Shown here: one piece after another, positions 37,334-46,579 of the stretch
How positions within the stretch are numbered: position 1 is the stretch's first letter
Layout of the letters: the number at the start of each line of letters is the position of its first letter
From: a virus
Lineage: Duplodnaviria > Caudoviricetes
Reading direction: 5' to 3' (one strand)
DNA: 64,000 nucleotides
Virus record (IMG/VR): IMGVR_UViG_2900261899_000001
Span: 1 to 64,000 of that record
Notes under the pieces: model-generated
What the model saw: the letters and a program-made list of their open reading frames with translations, nothing else
Database searches by the model: none
What the model was told of the DNA's origin: nothing
Program-made: the position numbers and the translations under genes

Positions 37334-37773
37334 CCGCCCACCTCGACGACTTCGAAGCCACCGACGCCGGCCTTCGACGGCCACGCGAAGAAGAACCGAA
37401 ATGGGTAGACTTCACCCGCGATCTTCATCTTCGCGTTGGCGTCTTCCTCGATGAGGTGCTTCGCGCCTTTGGTGTCGTGAAATTCGAACACGCCGGTCGA
37501 CGGCAGCACGGCGAAATCCGGCGTCAGGTGCGTGTTGTCGGCGAGCCGAAGCTTGATTGCCTGGAACGCCCACCAGAAGACCTCGCCCGAGGCGCGGCGC
37601 GCTTCGAGCACGGCCGCGTAGCGGGTCTCGGTCCGGTTCATGCGGCCGGCCTTCATCCGGCCGAGCGCGCGGTAGGCCTTGCCGGGGCCCGACCGGGTCG
37701 CGCCGGTCAGCACGCGGTAGGCGGCCGCGGTGATGACGGCGGGACGCACAGCGTTGGCGGGGCCGCGGCGCAT
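37330..37773 (-). CDS. PD-(D/E)XK nuclease (DUF1064-like)
   Basis: MNRTETRYA...TPDF...EFHDTKG...KMKIA...YP. Confidence 0.7.
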   Translation of the reverse strand: MRRGPANAVRPAVITAAAYRVLTGATRSGPGKAYRALGRMKAGRMNRTETRYAAVLEARRASGEVFWWAFQAIKLRLADNTHLTPDFAVLPSTGVFEFHDTKGAKHLIEEDANAKMKIAGEVYPFRFFFAWPSKAGVGGFEVVEVGG

Positions 37774-37776
37774 GGC

Positions 37777-38055
37777 TCAGACCACCATCCCGAGGGCCTG
37801 CTGATACAGTTCGAGGATCGCCTCCTCTTCCTGGCGTTCAGCGTGGTCCTTCTTGCGCAGGCGCAGGATCGTGCGAACAGCCTTTACGTCGAAGCCGCGA
37901 CCCTTCATCTCGGCGAACACTTCTTTGATGTCGCCGGAAATAGCTGCTTTTTCTTCTTCCAGGCGTTCGACGCGTTCGATGAACTGTCTAAGCTCATCGG
38001 CGGCGACGCCTTCGGACGACACGTCTTGCGTCGAAACGGAATGTGTGCTTTGCAT
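37777..38055 (-). CDS. gapR: GapR / DUF2312 nucleoid-associated protein
   Basis: [37 protein letters not shown]...[15 protein letters not shown]. Confidence 0.92.
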   Translation of the reverse strand: MQSTHSVSTQDVSSEGVAADELRQFIERVERLEEEKAAISGDIKEVFAEMKGRGFDVKAVRTILRLRKKDHAERQEEEAILELYQQALGMVV

Positions 38056-38079
38056 TGCGAAACCTCAGAGCGTGAATTC

Positions 38080-38126
38080 ACCGCTCGGTCCCCGCTTGGC
38101 GGTTGGGGACCGGGCGGTTTTCGTTT
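38080..38126 (+). terminator. Intrinsic terminator antisense to the early operon
   Basis: ACCGCTCGGTCCCC...GGGGACCGGGCGGT followed by TTTCGTTT. Confidence 0.6.
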
Positions 38127-38130
38127 GGGG

Positions 38131-38607
38131 TCAGGGGTGCCGTCGGCGCCCGTAGAGCGGCCGGTAGCCGGGCTTCGGCTCCGTACGGGCCGGCTGGCCG
38201 CCACCACCGCCGCCGACCGTGCGCATCACGAGACGCAGCGTCGGCGGTTCGGGCGCGCCGGCACCGTTGTCGAGCCGCAGCAGCGCGTCTTTCATCCGCG
38301 CCACGGTCTCGATCCGGGCGAGCTCGTTCAGCATCTCGCGATTGAAGCGCAGCAGCGTCAGCGCGACCGGGGCCGCATTGCCGCGCAGGTGCTCGTTCTC
38401 GGCCATGAGCGCATCGCTGAGCACCCGGACGCGCTGGACCTCCGAGCCGCAGGACAGCGCCGCCGCAAGATCCAGGGTATCGCCGCCGGCCGCCGTTTCC
38501 GATTTCTCGGAGTATAGCGAATGGACCGCGGCTGTACCCGAAAGCTCAGCCTGCGTATCCAAGACGGGCGGCAAGTCGAACCGCAGAGCGAGAGCGCCTC
38601 TAGACAT
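38131..38607 (-). CDS. Hypothetical protein (CII-like position)
   Basis: Second gene downstream of cro. Overlaps its upstream neighbour. Confidence 0.5.
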   Translation of the reverse strand: MSRGALALRFDLPPVLDTQAELSGTAAVHSLYSEKSETAAGGDTLDLAAALSCGSEVQRVRVLSDALMAENEHLRGNAAPVALTLLRFNREMLNELARIETVARMKDALLRLDNGAGAPEPPTLRLVMRTVGGGGGGQPARTEPKPGYRPLYGRRRHP

Positions 38608-39142
38608 GAGCCGATCCCCGGGTTTCCCGATAAAGCTTCTGGTGCGTGGCGGCGGCAGTTTCGGCCGCGATCTCGCGGTGCCGGGCCAAGTGGTGCCGCC
38701 GGCAGAACCACGTCACAACGAGCGGGCGGGCGTAGTCCTCGTGATGGGCCTCGACGCGCTTCGTCGTTCCGCAGGTCGCGCAGGGGCCCTTCGTCAGGGT
38801 GCCGCTGCGCAGCGCCCGGCACACCGCCTGATGCGCGCGGCGTTTCTCTGGGTTCGCGCACTGCCAGCGGCGGTTCTTCGTCGTCGAGAAGCCGGGATGT
38901 GCGGCGCGGTAGGCCTTCTGCTTGGCGCTGTTGCAGCCCGAGCAGAACAGACGGAACCCCACGCCGGAGCCGTCGGAACGGCGCACCAGCTGTCGCTCGC
39001 CGCCGCAGGCTGGGCAGTGGCGCAGGGGCGCCCTGCCGTCGCGCAAAGGGGAACCCTGCGGTGGCACGTCGGTAGGGGGAACCACCGCAGGGATCGGCCC
39101 GTGCATTCGGGCGCGATGGGGATTGGGGGTGAGAGCCGACAT
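38600..39142 (-). CDS. Zn-binding HNH-like protein
   Basis: CPACG, CSGC and CATCG...EAHHEDY..PL.V.W.C..HH...H. Confidence 0.65.
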   Translation of the reverse strand: MSALTPNPHRARMHGPIPAVVPPTDVPPQGSPLRDGRAPLRHCPACGGERQLVRRSDGSGVGFRLFCSGCNSAKQKAYRAAHPGFSTTKNRRWQCANPEKRRAHQAVCRALRSGTLTKGPCATCGTTKRVEAHHEDYARPLVVTWFCRRHHLARHREIAAETAAATHQKLYRETRGSAHV

Positions 39143-39399
39143 CAGGCGACCCTCTTTTCGAGGATCCGCTGGCGCCGTCTCGGTACACGCAGTGCGTGGA
39201 TGCGGACGAGACAGTCGTTGTCGATCGGTAGAGCGTTCGCCGTCGCGTAGTCGACGATGCAGGGCCAGTAATCGACCGGAATGGAGCCGCGGGCGAGGAT
39301 ATCGCTCCCTCGAGCACCGGGATTTTTCAGAAAGCCGCAGATGCGCCCAAACTTGGTTGGACCACCCAGCGCTTCCACGATTTCGCGTACGGAGTTCAT
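39142..39399 (-). CDS. cro: Cro-like regulator
   Basis: IVEALGGPTKFGRICG...RGSIPVDYW. Divergent from cI. Confidence 0.75.
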   Translation of the reverse strand: MNSVREIVEALGGPTKFGRICGFLKNPGARGSDILARGSIPVDYWPCIVDYATANALPIDNDCLVRIHALRVPRRRQRILEKRVA

Positions 39400-39412
39400 G
39401 GCGGGGCAAGCA

Positions 39413-39453
39413 TTACGCCTAATGCGTAACGACTGTCAACGCACAATGCGTAA
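39413..39453. promoter_or_regulatory. Operator pair and cro promoter (OR-like)
   Basis: TTACGC-CTAAT-GCGTAA (39413) and CAACGC-ACAAT-GCGTAA (39437). Minus-strand TTGACA overlaps the second site. Confidence 0.8.
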
Positions 39454-39475
39454 CAGGCCGTGCGTATCTCGGCGG

Positions 39476-40081
39476 ATGGATACCCCGGCCGAACGCCTCC
39501 AATTTCTCCGTAAGCGCGCTGGCTTCGAAACAGCCTCGGATGCGGCCCGAGCCTACGGTTGGACGAAGTCCACCTATCTTGGGCACGAAAACGGGGACCG
39601 AAACCCGTCGCGTGAAAGCGCGAAACGCTATGCGAAGGCGTACAAGGAGCGGTGGGAGTGGATCATCGACGGCGAGCAAAAGTCGCCGGGCGGTGATGCC
39701 GACACGGTGCCGATACTCGGCGATGTCGGCGCAGGGGGGAAAGTCTACTTCTCTGGCGCGCCCGAAGGTGGCTACGACCGCGCACCGCGTCCGCCTGGTG
39801 GTTCCGCAACGACTGTTGCCGCCCGGGTCCGTGGAGATTCGATGCCCGGCATCGCCGAAGACCAGTGGCTGATCTACTACGACAGCCGCGTGGCGAGCGT
39901 GCCGGACGAGTTCCTCGGCGAGTTGTGCGTCGTGTGGCTCTCCGACGATCGCGTCTACGTCAAGAAGGTGTACCGGGGGCGAGACCCCGGCACCTTCGAT
40001 TTGATCTCCTCGGGCTACGAACCGTTGCGCAACGAGGACGTCGAGTGGTGCGCGAAAGTGACCTGGATCAAGCCGCGCTAG
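39476..40081 (+). CDS. cI: CI-like repressor (HTH + S24 peptidase)
   Basis: ERLQFLRKRAGF...YLGHENGDR HTH. VRGDSM and YVKK catalytic Ser/Lys. Confidence 0.9.
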   Translation: MDTPAERLQFLRKRAGFETASDAARAYGWTKSTYLGHENGDRNPSRESAKRYAKAYKERWEWIIDGEQKSPGGDADTVPILGDVGAGGKVYFSGAPEGGYDRAPRPPGGSATTVAARVRGDSMPGIAEDQWLIYYDSRVASVPDEFLGELCVVWLSDDRVYVKKVYRGRDPGTFDLISSGYEPLRNEDVEWCAKVTWIKPR

Positions 40082-40326
40082 TAGTCGTCGTGCTCGGGCA
40101 CGTCACCGATTCTGGACAAGAATGTAGGCACCGTACACTCGTCTGATCTGTCGTCACTCGATGTTGAGAAAGCCAAGGCTCCGATGGCATGTCGCTGTTC
40201 GACGAGCCTTTCGGCGAGCCGTTTAGCGCTATCAGCTGTACTGCACATTTGGATTGGCGCGGTCTTGATCGGTCCGCGACCGGTTCGCACGAACGGTTGA
40301 ACGCCGAAACTCTGGGAACGCGCCAT
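40078..40326 (-). CDS. Small LexA-box-preceded protein, paralogue of 63119-63373
   Basis: GAGGAG RBS. VQPF...A.R.AE.L...GA.A....D...E......L..IGDVP. Confidence 0.7.
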   Translation of the reverse strand: MARSQSFGVQPFVRTGRGPIKTAPIQMCSTADSAKRLAERLVEQRHAIGALAFSTSSDDRSDECTVPTFLSRIGDVPEHDDY

Positions 40327-40367
40327 CTGAAACTCCTCGTGGAGACCAGAAGCTGATCCTAAAAACG

Positions 40368-40382
40368 GAACGAAACAAGAAC
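40368..40382. promoter_or_regulatory. Alphaproteobacterial LexA box
   Basis: GAAC-GAAACAA-GAAC (GAAC-N7-GAAC). Confidence 0.75.
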
Positions 40383-40450
40383 AAAAGTGCGCTTTGGGTT
40401 ACGCATGCTGCGGCCCTGTGGATAACGGTGACGAAAAAATCTCGGACATG

Positions 40451-40494
40451 TTACGCATTTTGCGTTGACGTATATTACGCATTCGGCGTAACGT
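40451..40494 (+). promoter_or_regulatory. Operator pair and early promoter (OL-like)
   Basis: TTACGC-ATTTT-GCGTTG (40451) and TTACGC-ATTCG-GCGTAA (40475). TTGACG -35 at 40465. Confidence 0.8.
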
Positions 40495-40521
40495 CTGGTC
40501 ATTCCGAAGCCGGAGCGACCG

Positions 40522-40809
40522 ATGTCCCAGAGCGCGCCGAACCCGAAGCCCCTTGCACCGCCGGACCGCCTCACGGCGTTCTTCGCGACACTCGACCGCC
40601 AGCTCGCCTTCCTCGCGCGGCCTGATCACCAGATCGACGAGCTGAACCTGCGCATCGCCCACAACGAGCGGTGCAAGAGCTACCTCTGCCGGGTCGGTTC
40701 GCAGAACTATGACGCCTTCGATCTGACCGCGATCGACGCCGGGCTCCACGGTCGGTTGGCCGATGCCATGGCGCGGCGCGACGCACCTGCGATGCAGGAG
40801 GCCGCATAG
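40522..40809 (+). CDS. Hypothetical protein (first gene of the early operon)
   Basis: GGAG RBS after the promoter. Confidence 0.6.
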   Translation: MSQSAPNPKPLAPPDRLTAFFATLDRQLAFLARPDHQIDELNLRIAHNERCKSYLCRVGSQNYDAFDLTAIDAGLHGRLADAMARRDAPAMQEAA

Positions 40810-41079
40810 ATGGCCACCCACACCTTCAAGACCCAACTGAAGCTCGGCTTTGGTGCCGGCCCGGCGATCCCGGTCGATCTGCTCCTGACCTACGATGTGG
40901 TCGACGGGACCGAGATCGATATCCTCTCGGCCACCGCCACCGGCAGCCCCCTGCCGGCGGGTATGCTCCGCCTGATCGAACTCTACCCCGGGCTCAAGAG
41001 CGAGCTTCTCGCGAAGGCGAGGCAGGATGCCGTCGACCGCCGCCGCAGCACGGTCCGGTCCCTCGCGAGGGCGGCATGA
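40810..41079 (+). CDS. Hypothetical protein
   Basis: Abuts the upstream stop. Confidence 0.6.
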   Translation: MATHTFKTQLKLGFGAGPAIPVDLLLTYDVVDGTEIDILSATATGSPLPAGMLRLIELYPGLKSELLAKARQDAVDRRRSTVRSLARAA

Positions 41080-41246
41080 ACCCGCTCGCCGCCGTCTCCC
41101 TCTTCCTCGTCGGCACGATCGCGGTCGGGATGATCCTGATCCCGATCCTCGATGATCAGTATCGCCGCGCCGTCGACGCCTGGGCCAGCGCCCGGGTTCG
41201 CGCCGCCAACCCCGTGACCGTCGAGAGCGAGGCCGACCGTGGCTGA
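41076..41246 (+). CDS. Small membrane protein
   Basis: Manual ORF MNPLAAVSLFLVGTIAVGMILIPILDD..., coupled by ATGA. Confidence 0.5.
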   Translation: MNPLAAVSLFLVGTIAVGMILIPILDDQYRRAVDAWASARVRAANPVTVESEADRG

Positions 41247-41463
41247 TCTCCTCGACGACGCCACCGCCCTCCGCCTTGTCGCGGACGGCCGCAAGATCCC
41301 GAGGTCGAAGTTCACCTGCCTCGTGAAGCGCGGGCTGATCCGCCTGCGCGGGCACGGTGCCAAGACGCGGCCGGTGCTCACCGGCTCCGGCGAGGCAGCG
41401 CTCCGCACGGTCCGCCGCGCGGCGCGCCGGGCTCGGCCCGACGCCCACGCCCACCATCCCTGA
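41239..41463 (+). CDS. Hypothetical basic protein
   Basis: LVKRGLI...VLTGSG winged-helix-like segment. Confidence 0.5.
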   Translation: MADLLDDATALRLVADGRKIPRSKFTCLVKRGLIRLRGHGAKTRPVLTGSGEAALRTVRRAARRARPDAHAHHP

Positions 41464-41503
41464 TCCTGCTCAAGGGCCACGCCCTGCTCTCGTGGAGTCC
41501 ATC

Positions 41504-41647
41504 ATGTTTTCGATCCTCGCCACCCTGCCCGCCACCACCGCGATCGCCGTCACCCTCCTGGGACCGCCGGTCCTGGTCCTCGTGACCGTCTTCGGTCTCA
41601 GCGAGGGTGTGCGGGTCGTGCGCTTTGCTCGGGCTCGGGGGCGCTGA
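41504..41647 (+). CDS. Small membrane protein
   Basis: GGAG RBS. Hydrophobic. Confidence 0.45.
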   Translation: MFSILATLPATTAIAVTLLGPPVLVLVTVFGLSEGVRVVRFARARGR

Positions 41648-41649
41648 TC

Positions 41650-41934
41650 ATGGCCGGCCACCCCCCAACCGCCATCGACGTCCGTGTCGGCCGCCGCCTC
41701 GCCGAGGCCCGAAAGGCCGCCGGCCTGTCCTGCAAGGAGATCGGCGCCGTGCTCGGCATCAGCGCCTCCCTGTTCTGGCGGTATGAAACCGGCCAGCGAC
41801 GCATCAGCGTCGGCCACATGCAGATGGTGGCCGACCTCCTCTACCTGCCGGTCACGACGTTCTTCGACCCGCCCGCCCCGGCCGGCGTCGAGCCGCCCTC
41901 CCCTGCCCTCTCCACCGATGCCGCGGGGATCTGA
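41650..41934 (+). CDS. XRE-family HTH regulator
   Basis: VGRRLAEARKAAGLSCKEIGAVLGIS...RYETGQRRIS. Confidence 0.85.
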   Translation: MAGHPPTAIDVRVGRRLAEARKAAGLSCKEIGAVLGISASLFWRYETGQRRISVGHMQMVADLLYLPVTTFFDPPAPAGVEPPSPALSTDAAGI

Positions 41935-41936
41935 TC

Positions 41937-42230
41937 ATGGGCATCCGTCGCTCATCAAGATCGATCGAGGTCTTCGTCAATGTCGGGGATGTACTCGGCG
42001 AACTGACCGACGAGGAACTAGTCGAGGAACTGAAGTCACGGCGGATCGACGACCCGAACTTGCTGGGTTGCGATCGGTCAGATGCCGAACACGCGATCGA
42101 CCTTATGCGGTCGCGACACTTCAAGGATGCGCTCACGCTCTTGGAGCGCGCCCTCTACCCGAAATTTCAGTCTCGTGACGCATGCGCAAGCGCCATCGCC
42201 GAGATCCGCTTGAGGGCGTCACACCGATGA
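41937..42230 (+). CDS. Hypothetical protein
   Basis: ELTDEELVEELKSR. Operon position. Confidence 0.6.
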   Translation: MGIRRSSRSIEVFVNVGDVLGELTDEELVEELKSRRIDDPNLLGCDRSDAEHAIDLMRSRHFKDALTLLERALYPKFQSRDACASAIAEIRLRASHR

Positions 42231-42481
42231 GCCGTCGCAGCGCCCTCTCCCACCGAGCTGTCGCCGACCTTCTTGTCGACGCAGGCTTCACGGACCGCCT
42301 GCCCGCCGACGATCTCGGCATGGCGCACCTGATCTGCCGGGCGGTCGACCGCACCGAGCACAAGCTCGGTCAGGTCCCCGGCACGCCCGACGACTTCGAC
42401 GAGATACGGTTCGAGCACCGGCTGCTGGTCGGGGCCCGCGAGGCCGCGCCGGTCCGCACCATCCATGCGGGGGTGCACTGA
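42227..42481 (+). CDS. Hypothetical protein
   Basis: ATGA coupling. Confidence 0.5.
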   Translation: MSRRSALSHRAVADLLVDAGFTDRLPADDLGMAHLICRAVDRTEHKLGQVPGTPDDFDEIRFEHRLLVGAREAAPVRTIHAGVH

Positions 42482-42635
42482 CCATGGCCGCGATGAACCC
42501 CGCCGCCGCGGTCGTCTGGGTGATCCTGCTGGGTCTGCCCATCGGCTTCGCGTTCCTGGCGCTGTCGCGCCTGAGCTCACCGCCCGCGGCCACCGGGGGC
42601 GATCTCGACACCAACGAACAGCGGGGGCCGCGCTC

Positions 42636-43946
42636 ATGAAGATCTTTCGCCTCGAAGCCGAGAACGTGAAGCGGCTCAAGGCCGTCTCCATCACGCCCGA
42701 CGGCAATCTCGTGGAGATCACGGGCCGTAACGGCCAAGGCAAGTCGTCGGTCCTCGACGCGATCTGGTGGGCGTTGTCCGGAACGAAGCCGATTCAGGCC
42801 GTGCCGATCCGGAAGGGTCAGGATGAGGCCCGCATCCGGCTCGACCTCGGCGAGATCCGGGTCACCCGCACCTTCAAGAAGCGCGATGGCGCCGAGTTCA
42901 CCACGGCGGTGGTCGTCGAGAACGCAGACGGCGCGCGCTTCGCCCGTCCGCAGGAGCTTCTCGACAAGCTGCTCGGCCAGTTGTCGTTCGATCCGCTTGC
43001 CTTCACCCGCATGGACGGCCGGCAGCAGCTCGACGCGATGAAGCGTTTCGTGCCGGGCTTCGACTTCGCCGGCACGGAGAAGGCGAACAAGGACGATTTC
43101 GCCGGGCGGACCGAGGTGAACCGTTCTGCGAAAGCGCTGCGCGCTCAAGCCGACGGCATCACGGTCCCGTCCGGCACGCCCGAGGCCCGCATCGACACCG
43201 CCGCGCTCGTCGCGGAGATGGAACAGGCCGGCGAGCACAACACCGACATCGAACGGCGGCGTGGCCGGCGTGAGCAGGCCGAGCGTGCCATCGAGGCCTA
43301 TGCCGAGACCGCCGCGGGGAGCCGCAACCGGGCCGCCGCGTTGCGGAAGGAAGCGGACGAAGCCGAGGCTCGTGCCGACCGCGACGATGCCGAGGCCGGG
43401 CGGATCCGGGCAAGCCTCGCTGAGGCCTCTGCCCTGCCCGATCCCATCGACACCTCGGCGCTGCGCCAGCGCATCGCCGCCGCCGGCGAGACCAACGCCG
43501 CCGTGGCGCGCCGCGAGGAGCGTGACCGGATCGACGCCCGCGCCAAGGAGGCCGAGGCGAAAGCGGCCGCGCTCACCAAGGCCATCGAGGGCCGCGTCGC
43601 CGGTATGCGCTCCGCCATCGCCCAAGCCGACCTGCCGGTACCGGGCATTGCCTTCGGTGACGACGAGATCCTGCTGAACGGCGTGCCGTTCGATCAGGCC
43701 TCGTCCGCTGAGCAGCTGCGCACCTCCGTCGCGATCGCCATGGCGGCCAATCCGAAGCTGCGCGTGATCCGCGTCCAGGACGGGTCGCTGCTCGATGCCG
43801 AAGCGATGGCGATCCTCGGCGAGATGGCCGACGCGGCCGACTGCCAGGTCTGGGTCGAGTGTGTGCAGTCGGGCCGCTCGACCGCGATCGTCATCGAGGA
43901 CGGCGAAGTCCTCGGCGCAACCGCCACCCCCATCGCCGCGGAGTAG
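42636..43946 (+). CDS. SMC/SbcC-like AAA ATPase
   Basis: MKIFRLEAENVKRLKAV, GRNGQGKSS, long coiled coil, ASSAEQ signature, QDGSLLD. Confidence 0.85.
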   Translation: MKIFRLEAENVKRLKAVSITPDGNLVEITGRNGQGKSSVLDAIWWALSGTKPIQAVPIRKGQDEARIRLDLGEIRVTRTFKKRDGAEFTTAVVVENADGARFARPQELLDKLLGQLSFDPLAFTRMDGRQQLDAMKRFVPGFDFAGTEKANKDDFAGRTEVNRSAKALRAQADGITVPSGTPEARIDTAALVAEMEQAGEHNTDIERRRGRREQAERAIEAYAETAAGSRNRAAALRKEADEAEARADRDDAEAGRIRASLAEASALPDPIDTSALRQRIAAAGETNAAVARREERDRIDARAKEAEAKAAALTKAIEGRVAGMRSAIAQADLPVPGIAFGDDEILLNGVPFDQASSAEQLRTSVAIAMAANPKLRVIRVQDGSLLDAEAMAILGEMADAADCQVWVECVQSGRSTAIVIEDGEVLGATATPIAAE

Positions 43947-43951
43947 CCCCC

Positions 43952-44893
43952 ATGAAGATCGAACGCATTCCCTACACCACGCGCGATGCCTGGCTTGCCG
44001 GCCGCGCGAAGGACATCACCGCCTCGGTCGCCGGCGCGGTGCTCGGCGCCCACGAATACACAACCGCCTTCGAACTCTGGGCGCTGAAAAGTGGTCTCCT
44101 GTCGGAGGATCCGACCGAGACGCCGGCGATGCGCCGCGGCCGCCTCCTCGAGGACGACGCCCTGCAGATGCTGGCCGAGGATCGCCCGACCTGGACGGTC
44201 GAGCCGGGCGGCAACGTCTACCTGCGGGCGCCGGACTTTCGCATCGGCGCGACCCCGGACGCCTACGCCGTGGATCCGAACCGACCAGGCCGTGGCGTCG
44301 TGCAGGTCAAGACCGTCTCCGATCTGATCTTCCGCAAGAAGTGGAAGGATGACGACGGGTCCCTGAACCTGCCGGTCTGGATCGCCTGCCAAGCCATCGT
44401 CGAGGCGAAGCTCACCGGGGCATCCTGGGCCTGTGTCGTGCTGATGGTCGTCGGCCACGGCCTCGACCTCCACGTGATCGACATCCCGCTTCACGCCGGA
44501 ATCTGGGACCGCCTCGTCGATGAGGCCGCGGCTTTCTGGGCTCGTGTCGACAGCGGCGAGGCGCCCCCCGCCGACTACGCTCGCGACGGCGACACCATCG
44601 CCGATCTCTGGCCGCCGGATGCGACCCGCGAGGTCCTCGATCTGTCCGGCGACAACCTCATCCCGATGCTCGTCGACGAACTCGACGACGCCAAGGGCCG
44701 CATCAATCTCGACGAGACCCGCGTCAAAGAGATCAAGGCCGAACTCGTCGAGAAGCTCGCCGGCGCCACCGTCGGCCGCCTCGCCGACGGCCGCGAGATC
44801 ACCCGCACGATCCAGCGGCGCGGCGAATTCACGGTCAAGGCGACCAGCTTCCCCGTCCTGAAAATCCGCGCACCGCGAAAGGCCGCAGCATGA
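43952..44893 (+). CDS. YqaJ/lambda-type exonuclease
   Basis: WLAGR..DITAS, MRRGRLLE, GATPDA and VQVKT. Confidence 0.88.
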   Translation: MKIERIPYTTRDAWLAGRAKDITASVAGAVLGAHEYTTAFELWALKSGLLSEDPTETPAMRRGRLLEDDALQMLAEDRPTWTVEPGGNVYLRAPDFRIGATPDAYAVDPNRPGRGVVQVKTVSDLIFRKKWKDDDGSLNLPVWIACQAIVEAKLTGASWACVVLMVVGHGLDLHVIDIPLHAGIWDRLVDEAAAFWARVDSGEAPPADYARDGDTIADLWPPDATREVLDLSGDNLIPMLVDELDDAKGRINLDETRVKEIKAELVEKLAGATVGRLADGREITRTIQRRGEFTVKATSFPVLKIRAPRKAAA

Positions 44894-45855
44894 GCCACGC
44901 TCTCGAACTCACCCAAACCGAACGCAAGATCGCGGAACGCATCGATCCGTCCTCGATGGACGGGCTGACGGTTTCGTCGTCCGCCGGCGGCATCGTGTTC
45001 GCCAACGCCGCCGAGGTCATGAACTACGCGAAGATGATGGCCGTCGCGAATAGTGGCGTCCGTAAGCACCTCCGCGGAAACGTTGGCGCCTGCCTCGCGA
45101 TCGTGACCCAGGCCGTCGAGTGGGGCATGTCGGCCTACGCGGTGGCGAACAAGAGCTACTTCTTCAACGACCAGATCGCCTTCGAGTCTCAGCTCGTCCA
45201 GGCCGTGATCCTGAAGCGGGCGCCGATCAAGGGCCGGATCAAGTTCGAATTCACTGGCGAGGGCGAGAAGCGCAAGTGCCGGGCCTGGGCGCGCCTTGCC
45301 GACGATCCCGAAGAGATCGCCGAGTACATCTCGCCCGAGTTCGGCAAGATCACCCCGAAGAACTCGCCGCTTTGGAAGTCCGACCCGGATCAGCAGCACT
45401 GCTATTATGCCGGTCGCGCCCTGTGCCGCCGCCATTTCCCCGACGTGCTGCTCGGCGTCTACGGCGAGGACGAACTGACCCCTCCTCCGCCCGGGCCGGA
45501 CAACGCGCGCGACGTCACGCCCGCGAAGGGGTTGAACGCGAAGCTCGATGCCCTCGCCGCCCGGCCGAAGTCGCAGATCGATCACGCCGAGGATGCCGAG
45601 TTCAGCGAGGCGTTCACCGGTGGCGACCATGAGACCGGCGCCAACGAGACGGTACCCGAGTCGGACGGAGGCGGTGACGATCCGGCCCCCGACATCGATC
45701 CGCAGAGCGCCGCCTACAAGCTCGGCCACGACGGCGGGATGAAAGGCTTTCGGAAAGGGCTGACGGCCGCGATCAAGGAAGATCCGGCGCAGTTGGCGAA
45801 CTACGAAGCCGGGTATTCGGCCGCCCTGCATGAAAAGAACCGGGAGGACGACTGA
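44890..45855 (+). CDS. recT: RecT-family single-strand annealing protein
   Basis: HLRGNVGACLAI..QA..WGMS.YAVANKSY, NSPLWKSDPDQQ and RRHFPDVLLGVY..DEL. Confidence 0.85.
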   Translation: MSHALELTQTERKIAERIDPSSMDGLTVSSSAGGIVFANAAEVMNYAKMMAVANSGVRKHLRGNVGACLAIVTQAVEWGMSAYAVANKSYFFNDQIAFESQLVQAVILKRAPIKGRIKFEFTGEGEKRKCRAWARLADDPEEIAEYISPEFGKITPKNSPLWKSDPDQQHCYYAGRALCRRHFPDVLLGVYGEDELTPPPPGPDNARDVTPAKGLNAKLDALAARPKSQIDHAEDAEFSEAFTGGDHETGANETVPESDGGGDDPAPDIDPQSAAYKLGHDGGMKGFRKGLTAAIKEDPAQLANYEAGYSAALHEKNREDD

Positions 45856-46304
45856 TGTCGGTCTCCCCGGACCCCAAGACCAGCGCCGCCGCCGCCGTGG
45901 ACAAGCTGCCTATCGTCATCACGCGCGATGATGGCCGGTACTTCGCGATCGAGGCCGCAGGGCGCCGTGCTGTCGGTCTCGGCTTCGACGAGATGCTCGG
46001 CGCCGTGGTCGGGCTCGCGCACCCCGAACTCACGACGGTGCCCGCGTACATGCGGGGTGCCGGATCTCTCGCCGTCGCGAAGGATGCGCCCTCAGCCACG
46101 ATCACGATCCCGCTCGCTCTCGCGGAGAGCATTTCGGCGGAGATGGCCGACCTGCTCTGCTGGTGCCGCGGCTTCGTCACTGCTCTTCCCGACAATGCCG
46201 ATCGTCACCCGATGGGGCTCGACCTGACCCGTGAAATGCGGATCAGGCTCGATGTGGCGATCGCGGCGGCGAAGGGCATCGAACCGCAGGAATTCCCCTT
46301 CTGA
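45855..46304 (+). CDS. Hypothetical protein
   Basis: TGATG coupling. Confidence 0.6.
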   Translation: MSVSPDPKTSAAAAVDKLPIVITRDDGRYFAIEAAGRRAVGLGFDEMLGAVVGLAHPELTTVPAYMRGAGSLAVAKDAPSATITIPLALAESISAEMADLLCWCRGFVTALPDNADRHPMGLDLTREMRIRLDVAIAAAKGIEPQEFPF

Positions 46305-46540
46305 TGTCGATCCCCGCTCGCGCGGCCGAGCAGGCCGTCACCGTCAGTGTCGCTCGCTGCCCGTGCGGGCTCTGCGACCACGTCATCGGCCTGCTGCACG
46401 ACGAGACCGGCGAGGTTTTCGCCGAATTCTCCCTCGCGCCGGATGCGGCCCGCGGCTTCATCGCCGACGTCCAGACGGTTCTGGACGCCCTGCCCCCCGT
46501 CGGAAGCCTCACCGGCATCCGCTGCGAGGGCACGGCCTGA
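46304..46540 (+). CDS. Hypothetical protein
   Basis: TGATG coupling. CPCGLC motif. Confidence 0.55.
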   Translation: MSIPARAAEQAVTVSVARCPCGLCDHVIGLLHDETGEVFAEFSLAPDAARGFIADVQTVLDALPPVGSLTGIRCEGTA

Positions 46541-46579
46541 ACGACCTTCCCCTCCCCTCCTGACCCACGGTCACCGCTC

